Source: Antedon mediterranea | Taxonomy: Eukaryota; Animalia; Echinodermata | NCBI RefSeq assembly: GCF_964355755.1 | Contig: NC_092676.1 | Span: 6,363,888 to 6,427,887, forward strand | Length of the DNA stretch: 64,000 nt | Direction: 5' to 3' | Part shown: piece by piece, positions 1-12,151 of the stretch | How the letters are laid out: the number at the start of each line of letters is the position of its first letter | Numbering within the stretch: position 1 is the stretch's first letter | The notes under the pieces: model-generated | What the model was told of the DNA's origin: nothing | Database searches by the model: none | What the model saw: the letters and a program-made list of their open reading frames with translations, nothing else | Program-made: the position numbers and the translations under genes

Positions 1-50
1 TAGTAGTAGTAGTAATAGTAGAGTAGTAGTAGTGGTAGTAGTAGTAGTAT

Positions 51-86
<36 letters not shown>

Positions 87-100
87 CAGTAGCAGTAGCA

Positions 101-136
<36 letters not shown>

Positions 137-144
137 GTAATAGC

Positions 145-178
<34 letters not shown>

Positions 179-218
179 ATAGTAGAGTAGTAGTAGTAGT
201 AGTAGCAGTAGTAGTAGC

Positions 219-261
<43 letters not shown>

Positions 262-307
262 GTAATAGTAGAGTAGTAGTAGTAGTAGTAGTAGCAGTAG
301 TAGTAGC

Positions 308-338
<31 letters not shown>

Positions 339-417
339 GTAATAGCAGTAGTAGTAGTAGTAGTAGTAGTAGTAATAGTAGAGTAGTAGTAGTAGTAGTA
401 GTAGCAGTAGCAGTAAC

Positions 418-460
<43 letters not shown>

Positions 461-468
461 GTAATAGC

Positions 469-503
<35 letters not shown>

Positions 504-640
504 GAGTAGCAGTAGTAGTAGTAGTAGCAGTAGTAGTAGCAGTAGTAGTAGTGTTGGTGGTGTTGGTGGCGGCAGCAGCAGAAGCAACATCATTTGCAGT
601 AGAAAAAAAAAGCATTAGCAGTAGCAGTATTAGCTATAGT
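1..640. repeat. (TAG)n/(CTA)n imperfect trinucleotide microsatellite, intronic in LRR gene copy A
   Basis: About 600 bp of near-pure TAG with CAG/TAT/TAA variants, lying just past the splice donor (minus strand) of exon 701-772. The paralogous intron of copy B has a related tract at 38120-38412. Confidence 0.97.
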
Positions 641-700
641 AGTAGTTTGCAGATTTTCGTTATTGTTAAAATACGGTAAAAAAAAAATGTATTCACTTAC

Positions 701-3700
701 AAATGATCTACCAAATTGGATCCTTTAAATGTAGTATTGTTTAGTATAGATATACTGTTGCGATTTATATTTCTATTCCAACAGCAATACAAAATGAATT
801 ATTATAAATAATAATATTGTTCAAATAGCTTTGTTATATTCGATATGTGTCAATTTCAATTTTTCCAAATACTTTTTGTCAAAAACCAAAACATTCTCAT
901 TTAGTTTCGAGAACGAATGGGTCAACTGCAATAACTATCGAGTAAGAACAATTCTCAAAACCATTATGTTTTATAAAAACATAAACATGACAGCCAGTTT
1001 TGCCTGACATTAATACCAACATTCTTGTCTCTCATTCCTACTATAATATCTATCACAGTAGTTTGTTTACAGAAAACATTATTAACAAGCAAATTTCCAA
1101 CTTCACAACCTTGAAACCCACTATTAAGTATAGGTTATAGGTTTATTATTTTTGGCACATTTTTATGGCGTTTCATACTTGAGCTAAATTCAAAGTCTAG
1201 GAAGACGCCTACTAGTACGGGTTATTATGTCTTCCAGCTCGATATTTGTGCCAAAAAAAATTTTTTTAGCTAACATTGTTATTCTTGAGATGCTGAATAC
1301 AAAAAAGTTAGGTGCCATATTTTTTGACCACACCTTCAGCCGCCATTTTGTATTTCAAAATGGCCAACGTTCCACACTAAACTTGGTCATCCATGGTATC
1401 ATTGGAAAGGGAATGTAATACTGATTATTTTATTCCATTACACCCATATCAATAAACGTATAGTTACATAGTTATTGCAAAATAAAACAAATCACGTGAC
1501 CAATAAAGGTCAAAAGGTCAAATTTTTTATTCTGAATACAGTTTTACTAATATCTATTCTATTTTACTTTGTTTATTGTTATATTTTTCCAATTATGTAA
1601 ATAAATTGTTTTTAAATGTTCCTTGTTTTTTCATGCTAATTACTTTCTTATTTACATACAATCTGTCCTATTGGTATATAAGTACTTTAGGCGTTGTTTT
1701 CTGTTCTTCTTCTGATGAGAATAGTTTATCGAAACATGTCACATTTTAAGGCAGTTTGCCTATTCATTAAATCGCTATACTCATTTTAACAATGACAAAA
1801 GTAGTCTCCTTCGTATTAAGATAAATACGGGGTTTCTTATTGGTTTTACAATTCATTCAAATGTTTGTTTGATTTTCATTCTACTTTGTTATTGTCCATT
1901 TATATGTTTTATAGTATATTATATATTATCTTAATACTAAATAAGTACCGTACGGTACTGGATTACACTTAACGTCAATGTCAAGTTTCCGAGTTATTTA
2001 ATTTAAATCAAAATAACTCTAGTCCGTGAACAAAGGTGAAGTAAACTGTTGTCAAGTCACATCTTTGTTTTGTTTCGTTGGATAAAAATTCTGAATCTAT
2101 TTTATTTTTATTAGTTTACATTTCTGTTTTTCGTAAAAAGAAAATAATGCTACGGGTCATGGTATCATTTGCGTAGCGTTCAAAATCATTTGTATTTTTG
2201 TCAAAGCGGGTACCACACAATATAAAGCCATCTGTGCACAATGCCAATGTTAATCGGCATGCCTTTACCTTTGAACCTCAGATGAAGTGCAGCAGCAAAC
2301 AGAATGTTTTCATTTGATATTATTTTATACAGTGAAAAAAATCTTAAGAATTAAAAAAAAAAAGTTAAGATAAATTAGTTTTCCTCAAATAAAGATTACA
2401 CGAAATAAAGAAAAGTCAGTGTCCTACTGCTGCCTTCACTACCTTTACAAACTACCAATCGATATTGTAAAGAAACGAATTCGGTGTTTTTAACGTCTAT
2501 AGGTTCCCTTTGATTTTTACGTATGGTTTGTGATTATCGCAATATAAATCCTAACTATACGTTGTTATTATTAAAAGTCACATGGAATAATTAATCAAAC
2601 TATACTTGTTTGTGGTAACTTAATCAATCAATCAATCAATCAATCAATCGTTCGATTTATATAGTGGTATTCCAACATTCATTGCTCATGGCGCTGTAAA
2701 AAAATCAGAAAAGGTGAGTTTTGAGTAGTGACTTAAAGTGACTCAATAATGATGTGTGTTTAATGTTCAAGGGTAACTTTAAGAACTTATCGGAAATAAG
2801 GGAAACAAAATCCGCTTTCCAGCAATAATATTCAAATTAGTTTGAGAAAAACGAAATCTTTTAACTACAGACACTTTATAAATATTTCAGTTATTGAATT
2901 TCCTTTTATAAATTTGTATAGTTATAAATAAAACTACATTAACTAGCAGAATTAAGACAAATCTAAATTACTTTCCAAAGTTACGTTTCTGTTTCTGCTG
3001 TAGTAGTTGTATGAGCTTGCTCAAATAAAAGGTACTAAAATTAATTACTTTACCTCCAAATCATGTTTGCGTCGCAACTAATTTATCTGCAAAGCAATGG
3101 TTGTTTGATCTTGTTTTTTACGTGCAATGCGAAAACCGGGCATATCAAGGATCTTGATAGTAAAACTTATCTTATACTAAAGTAGTTTCACACACTGAGA
3201 TTGTTATTATAACCAGATAAATGTTACCAACATTTGAATGAATAGATTGTACATTAAAAAATTTATTTACATAATTGGAAAATTATGACAATAAATAAAG
3301 GAAAATCGAATAGATATTAGTAAAACTGTATTCAGAATAAAAAAACCTATCCTACGATACCAAACAGTAAAGTATTTGAGAAAATTAAAATGTTGACCTT
3401 TTTGACCTTTTTGGTCACGTGACTTGTTTTATTGTTAAATAACTATGTAACTTTGCATTTTTTGATATGGATGTAATGGGATAACATTATCAGTATTATA
3501 TTCCCTTTCCGATGATACCATGGATGACAAAGTTCAGTGTGGAATGTCGGTCATTTTGAAATACAAAATGGCGGCTGAAGGAGTGGTCGAGAAAAATGGC
3601 ACCTAACTTTTTTGAATTCAGCAACTCAAGAATAACAAAGTTAGCCAATAAAATCTATTTTGGCACTAATATCGAGCTGGAGCTAGTTTTCCTTACATAT

Positions 3701-6700
3701 GTGACTGTACGGTACTATACGTGATGCGCGTACACTTGAGATGATGCATACGATCTGGTAGAATAGTTTCATTCACATGTGATTGGCTAGTCACTCAAAA
3801 CCTTTTGATATTCATATTTTATATAGATGCGTTCTGTTACGTTCGCCGACATGGAAAGACATGCGTACGTCTGAATACACATCAGCTTTGTCTACAACAT
3901 GTATGTACATAGCAAATTGCACAATTCAGTCATAGTGTACCGTATTACGGCAATCATGCGCTTACACCCAACTAGATCGGGTTACCCAGAAAGTGTATTT
4001 ATGTGAAAAGCCACAAAGGTTTGATGGGCTGATTTTGTAGATATAGTATAGCTAAGATTCAATAATCAATATTGCTGCCGGGTCCTATCCTGTAAATTTT
4101 CCCTGGGGACACCAAATAGGAGGGGTAAAAATGGATTCAATCATGTAAAAAGCGACACGAATAAAAGTTGTTGGACATCGTCCCATATATATATATATTA
4201 CATAGCCTATGTAAATACGCGAACGTGATTGGTTGAAACTGCATCACATGACTACCGCTGCGAGGATCGTAAATCGTATATATCCTCGAGAACGATGATA
4301 TTGACTGTGTAATTTTCGCGTAATAATCGTGTCCCCTGTCATTAATCATATAAATTCTCGAGTACGATGATATTGACTGTGTAATTTTCGTGTGCAACAC
4401 TCGAGTTTGCCGATAAATAAACAAAAGTCATCTACTCGATCTTGAACTCGGGTGGAATTGTCACGCCATCGCAAGACAACGTTTCATCCGCTGGGCCACG
4501 GAATTTGCTTGAAGAAATTAATCTTCTAAACTATTTAAGCTATGCATACATAGCGCCCTCATTTGTTATAAGTTCACCCTAAATGTGATGAAACACCGTT
4601 TGTGATTGGTCAATACTCACGGTAGTAACCTAGTAACTAGTACGCGCTGAACATCCGGTGATTCGGCTCCTCGAAGATCGAGAGAAGTGGAATTGTTTAT
4701 TCGGCCTACCTGATTATAATATTATTATTAATAGGCTTATTGATGGAAATTCTTCTGTTAATTTAAACGACCTAGGCCTAAGTGAATATTTTATTGCCAA
4801 GGAATCATCAATTAGTAATTATCTGTATATTATTCTTCGCAAGGTAAGGTGTCTAGGCAGGCTTGTTTTAAATACAATACAAATACTATAGGAGGCCTAG
4901 GCCTAGGCCTCTAGCCTAACTTCACCCAACCCAGCAGACTTGTTCTTGGCTATATAATATAACAGATATTGCCTTTTATATCGGTTAAATATAAGATTTG
5001 ACATCCCCTCGGGAATGATATTAAGTTCTCGGGGAATATATATTTCCCTCAGCTGGCGCTTCGGGAAATATATATTCCCTCGAACTTAATATCATTCCCT
5101 CGGGGATGTCAAATCTTATATTTAACCTCTAAGCAGTCAATATCTGTATAATATATATATATACAATGTTAAAACAGCAATGACAACTTTCACCTAAGTT
5201 GCCCCAGACAGTAGCCCAAAAATTCCCGTTGGGCCATACAACATTTAATCATGCGAAGAACCACACGACAAAATCCCTTTTACATTGTAACTATTACCCT
5301 TTGGGATAAACGGAAAAACCATTGACATCAACTTTATAATGTAAGTTGACCCAGAAAGTATCCCAATAATTTCCGATTCGCCCCTACAAAATGTACTAAC
5401 TCGAAGAGTCACACGGCTATTTCATTTTACATTGTAACTGTTACCCTAGGCTTTGGGATATACGAACAAACTCACGACAGCAACTTTATCTTGTAAGTTG
5501 CTCCAGACAGCAGCCCAAAGATGCTGTTGAAGTAGAATGTACTGTATGGCGTTACAATGTTCTACCATATTATTATCATTATGTGCAATTTATTGTAGAT
5601 AAACATTTGAACAGACGAAGAAATAAAAGTGGGTCGAACCCATAACACACAAGACAACAAAAAACATAGGATTGCCATCCAAAAAAATGCCTCGTGCCAT
5701 GCATACGTTGGCGATTTTCAGGTTCACGCAATGTCAAATAAAACAGTGTAGTTTTGAAAAGAATTGATGTTAGTCTTATACTAATACTAAATTAATTAGA
5801 TTATTTTACGGAAAATATATTTTTATTAAAATTATAATTTTAATCGCAGAAAATCAATTTTGGGGAGTATAATATAATTAAAAAGCCTGATTGATAACAA
5901 AATAATTGCATCATCTTTTATTTTAACCTCGTGACATGCGATCGTGTTTTGAAACTAGGGTGGGTGTTTTCCAAAGTTATTTTAAGTCGCATATATTGCT
6001 CACCACCGTTATCTGTGCTTATTTTTTTGAAATACTTAATAATAGATAAAATACATTTTAATATATAATAATATAAAATAAATATTATATAATATAATTT
6101 TTATTTATATGAATTTTATTGCGTATTTATTTTAAAATACGCAAATATGCCTCTATTATTAGTCACAAAGGACAAGGAAGCCCGGGTCAAAAACATATTC
6201 ACGTCCACGATAAACACATTTTAAATTTAAAACAAAACGTAGTAATTATTGTAATTTTGAATTGGTATAGGTCACATCTTTAAAATATAAGTTTCCTATT
6301 AATTATCTTCTAATGAATTATTATTAAAATACAGTATACATGTCACATGTCGCCCTGCCAAACTAAACTTTATGAAAGGAGCTTTGCGCTGGCGTCTGTA
6401 AACTCTCCAGCAGAATCAGGAGAGTTAGCCTGCTAAACTTTACATTGGAAGAATAGGGATGGAGCTTTGCGTCCGCAAACTCTCCAGTATGGAACGCCGT
6501 TTACGCAACATTTCGATGATATGAATTTTATGACGCGATATGTGAATGAAATGCATCGATATGAATTGAATGGCGTGATATATGAATGAAATGTTTTGAA
6601 TTGAATGCTTTGAATTGAATGTTTTGAATGAAATGTTTTGAATGAAATGTTTTGAATTGAATGTTTTGAATAAAATGTTTTGAATGAAATGTTTTGAATG

Positions 6701-9700
6701 AAATGTTTTGAATTAAATGTTTTGAATGAAATGTTTGAATTGAATTGAAAAGTCAAACTATTGGCGGCGTATGTCATTCCCGCTCGCGATTTTTTTTCAA
6801 CCTCTTAATAGGCCTAAGCATGGGTACCCTCATCTCCTTTCAACGCTGTCATCAATATGAATCCTTTACAGAGACTCCCTAACAGACCTGAAACATTGGA
6901 ATACATATTTCCGAACCCAGGTCTGTTAGGATTCTCTGTAAAGGCAGCGTGGAAGAAAGGAGATGAGGGTACCCAGGCTTAGGCCTAAGAGGTTGAGAAA
7001 ATAATCGCAAGCGAGAATGACATACGCCACCAATAGTTTGACTTTTCAATTCAATTCAAACATTTCATTCAAAACATTTCATTCAAAACATTTCATTCAA
7101 AACATTTCATTCAAAACATTTCATTCAAAACATTTCATTCAAAACATTTCATTCAAAACATTTCATTCAAAACATTTCATTCAAAATATTCAATTCAAAA
7201 CATTTCATTCATATATCGCACCATTTAATTCATATCGATGCATTTCATTCACATATCGCGTCATAAAATTCATATCATCGAAATGTTGCGTAAACGGCGT
7301 TCCATACTCCAGAGTCACGAGAGAGTTAGCCTGCTAAACTTTACATTGGGAGAATAGGAAATGGAGCTTTGCGTCCGCAAACTCTCCGGAGTCACGAGAG
7401 ACTTTACCGGAAGTCGATCGTTTCGCCTGAACGGTTTTCTATTCAAAGCATACAGGCAAGCATTGCACTGGTAGGTGGGGGGAAGACAACAGAACAGCAT
7501 TCGTGTTCTAAGGTCTTGGCTCTAAGGAAATTAAATACTTTTCTAAGTTTCAAAATACGTTATACTTGATGGATTTTTACAAATCAAAGATAAATGTGTA
7601 TGTTTTAAATACTTCTGAACACATTTATCTTGTTTAAAGTGATGAAATATGTTTCTGAAAAAAGTTAGGATATGCTGAAAAAACTTGTAGTACACATGTT
7701 ATCAGTTGATTAATCTATTATGTAAACAATGCTAATTACTTGTGCAAATAAAGTATAGCAGGATACCTGCTATAATTTAGCAATTTTGACTGGTGACTCT
7801 ACTTGTAAAAAGTACTAATAAATACAACAAGTTTTGCATGTTCTAACAGGGCCAAAGGATTTGAAAGTAGACCAAATGACCCACCGGTAAACTAAAAGTA
7901 AAACCGTTGCTAGAACATGATTAGTATTTTAATTTGAAATACGTTTAAGATTAATAACGCATACTATTATATTTAAACTTATTTTTAAAACGTCCATGGT
8001 TTCAAAATACAGAATACCTTTTAAAAACAAAAATAAACTAGAGTTTAATTGTCACTTTGACGAAGTTTAAGTATATTGCTGTCAATGATATTCGTATATC
8101 CCAAAAGATAATAGTTAGGCTACAATGTAAAAGGAATTATGCCGTGAGGCTCTTCGCATGATTGCCAACGGGCATTTTTGAGCTACTTTTGGGGTAACTT
8201 ACAGGATAAAGTTGCTGTCAATGGTATTTTTGTGCATCCCAATGTGTAGCAGTTACAATGCAAAAGGAATTAGCCGCGTGACTCTTGACATAAATAACAC
8301 CATTTTTGAGTGGTCACTTAGGGCTAATGTCTCGTGCAACTTACAGGATAAAGTTGCTGTCATTGCTGTTTTAACATTGTATACATATGGGAACGATGTC
8401 CAACAAATTTTATCCGTATGGCTTTTCACGTGATTAAATACATTTTTTACCCCTCCTATTTGAGAAAATTTACAGGATAAGACCTGGCAGCAATATTGAT
8501 TATTGAATCTTAGCTATATATCTACACAATCAGTAATAATTGTATAATTCTACTGCAGACTCTTTCAACTTTACATTTATCTAGTTCCGTTGGATTATAA
8601 ATGCTATTAGGTAGTAATAACACTTTTATCATTAGGTTAATAATGGCACATTACCAACAATTTTTTTTAATGTAGGCATATCAAAATATATTTTCGAAAC
8701 ACTTGAGAAATCGATCCTTAGTATAAATCGATGCTAAACTTACACAGTACGAAGATGTGGAAGGTCATTAAAACATGTCGATACTTCCGTCAACATGTTA
8801 TTCATTGCATATCTAGGAAATTAAAAAAATAAACATAAATTCCAACAAAATTTCCGATTCTGTCTATAATTATAGATTTTCACGACTTAAGCCCTAATAC
8901 CAAATACGATACGACAAGGATAGATTTTAGAAATAATACTTACACTGAAACTATTCTCTTTGGAAATCTTGGTAAACTAGTAAGTAAATTATTATTAAGG
9001 TATCTATCAAAAACAAAAACAAAATTATTAAAGTTGTATTTTATTTCAGTAATTAAAAAACAAAACAAAAACTAGCGTATACATTTGGTGTAATGATTCA
9101 CTCTAATAATTTCGTTATGGGTTAACACCTAACTTACACTCAGATCAGGTGTGTTCACATTGCATGTTACATTTGGTAAGTTCCAGATGTACACGTAACC
9201 AGTTAATAGTGAGGGTTTTATTCTCACACTTCCTTGAAGGAATACCAACAAGTAAATATATAAATATATTCTGTAAGTTGTGTTATCAGTATTGTTATTA
9301 CCTTACGTTCTGTTAAATAATGGGTTATGTATGTTAAAATATAGTTATCATTACATCTACTTTATTAGTCACATCTGAAGAAATATAAGTGTAAACCTTA
9401 CATTGATGTAAGTTTATGTAGATCTAACAAAGCATCGTCGTCGATTTCCTTCAGGTTGTTATAGCCTATTTTGCTGTAAAAAAAAAATTATGTTAAAAAC
9501 AAACTTCTAGTTTAATTTAAATATCGAGTTTTATTTAATTAACCTAGCATCAATCACTTATCTATATTATAATAGCACTAAGACAACATTTGTTTTTCTA
9601 TCTCCTCCTAAACCGCAAGTAGGTAGCTTTTATATATTGCCTAGTCTTAGCCTATAGATGTATACATTTGTTTATACTATTATTGTTTACAGATTGCGAA

Positions 9701-12116
9701 CATTCTGATCATTCATAGTTGTGAAATAAAGATGTTTGAACATAATTATTTAAAACGTGTGACACGTGTCTTCTTTACAATACTGGACATATATATAGTA
9801 CCGGTTATTTAACATCGCAATTACACATATTACTCGCATGTATTTCAAAGGTTGACTTATCTGTTTTTTACATATCCATAATTCATGGATACAATTTATC
9901 ACGTAAGGCATGATGAGCTAAAATCAAGAGCAAAATATTTATTTTTATGTTACTCAAGTGATGTGTTATCTTGGTTTTAAATTGACCATTTTTTAATAAA
10001 TCGATCGCTTTTCCATCGGTGCTTTCAATGACAAATATTCCTTTTTGTATCAAAATTTAATATTTTTTTTAACAATAATTTTTGTTTCAGTAAGGAATAA
10101 TTAAATGTTTACTAGGCTTACTCTGACTAGTAATCAAAATAATTTAAAAAAAAAGATGATGGTTTTAATACATTACAGTTAGTAGTTGGCGCCTTGAGCA
10201 CTCTGGAGTGGTATGTGCGCTATAAAAATCTTATTATTATTATTATTATTATGGTATACTATAGTACTTACACTGAAGCAATTGTCTTTGGAAACTTTGG
10301 CAGACTTGTTAGTGAGTTATTAGCAAGGTTTCTGTAAACATTAAGTAAATTAATTGGTAAATTATTCTATTTTCTTTGAAATAAGCGCATACATGTTTGT
10401 GTAATGTATGCCACAGTCTATTTTAATAGGATGTATTTAAACATAATGACTATTACAGCGTGATGGTAATTATGTGAAAGATGTTGCTAACCACTCTAAA
10501 ATCTTGATAACATCTCCATAAAAAGTCCGAACGTAAAATCAGACAAGGTATCATTGTAGGACATTATTCTTTTTCCTATGGATGATGAATGTGTAAGGAT
10601 GAGCAACAGAAAAACGATGTCAATCAGGGAATTTCACTCTTCAATCCAGTTTGTGAGAGTGTCGTTTTTAGCATTGTTAACAATAATTATGATCTTTCTG
10701 TAAATCATATCCTGAGTAATGGACACAGATAACATTGATAAAATATGTATCATTAATAAATTAGACATATTTAAAGGAGCAAAACTAGATAACAAAAACA
10801 AAAAAAATGATAATTCATTTTGAAATCTTACATTGAAATAAGATCCTGTAGCTCTAACAAGGCATTGGTGTCGATTTTCTTCAGGTTGTTATCGCTTAAG
10901 TAACTAAAAACCAAGTAGTTATGTTATGTTAAAACTACTAGTTTATTTTAAAAAGTGGAGTTGTTGCTTGGTGGTTGTGATGCTTTGCTACCACTCCAAG
11001 GGTCCTGGGTTCAAGTCCCGTCACATGTCAGGATTTTTTCTAAGGACCAAATTACAACTCCACTCCCAAAGACTTGTAATAAGACTTTGTTTATGTAGAG
11101 CATCTTGTGTATATGTCTGTCTTGTGACCCTCTGAGGGTTCCTAATGATCAGCATTTGCTGGATGGATCACCCTCATTAAATATGGTTAAACAAAAAATA
11201 TAAAAAAAAAATCCGTTAATATTAGCATTAATCAACAATAAAGTAAAAGCACCAAACATTAGAGAAATACATACCCGTACACTCTTTTTCCCCAAAGATA
11301 TGTATGCGATTCTCTCTATACGTTTCTAATTTTGGCTTATATTAAGAAAACAATAAATATAGGCCTAATGTGTTCTATAAGTTTAAGTTCTTGACGGAAG
11401 GATGCGCATGCGCAATATTGTATATGGAATTGGGACTACCGGTATCCGGGCAATTTCTACCTGAATTATAACCTACACTAACTACATATTGCATCTCACA
11501 TAACACGTACATAGTTAGGAGGCCAGTGCAAACTTTGTTACCAAATTACATATTTAATATATTACAAAGTTTATATTAGGCCTATTACTACTTTTTATAT
11601 GTTATTGGTGAATAAGCTGCAGGGGCGGTCGCAAGACTATTTTAAGAGGATTTCCCAAACAGGGCTGTAGACACTGAGTTTTTGAGCAACACAGGACCCC
11701 TATTGTTGGCATATGGCGAATTGTAAAATGACACCGCTTGATGACCGCAAATGGCACTCTCGCACGTAAAATTCATGATAAATGGCACATCTAGTTCGCC
11801 GGAAATGTCATTCTATAGTGCGCTAGCAAACAAAGGATTGTAGACTATATTATTCCGCTGGTAATAAAACATACGCGATATTTTGTACGTTCAATGCGAA
11901 CGTCAAGTCATTGATGAAGGTACTTATGGTACAGTCATACATTCTAATAACTGTAATCGACTAATGCAAATTAATTATTAATTTGTTTAAAAAAAATATG
12001 AAGCTGCTGCTATAAATATATTGAGCAAAACGTTAACTTGCATTATTTTGAATTAAATGCTAAATATATATATATATATATATATTAATTTAGAATTAAT
12101 GTTCTATGCCTGATTT

Positions 12117-12151
<35 letters not shown>

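Larger units (their letters stand above)
4029..8533. mobile_element. Large foldback-type element with long TIRs and subterminal ~140-bp tandem units, hosting nested elements
   Basis: 4029-4135 (GCTAAGATTCAATAATCAATATTGCTGCC...ATCCTGTAAATTTTC...AATAGGAGGGGTAAAAAATG) is inverted at 8440-8533. 5160-5520 is inverted at 8040-8390. Absent from the copy B intron. Confidence 0.75.

Noticed and set aside
253-615. Poly-Thr/poly-Leu ORFs (also 330-593, 38032-38379, 38040-38288)
   Set aside because: Translations of TAG/CTA microsatellites inside introns.
6433-7337. Mirror ORFs with (FKTFHSKHFIQNIS)n repeats
   Set aside because: Products of the 15-bp arrays in the two arms of a palindromic element; no coding signal.
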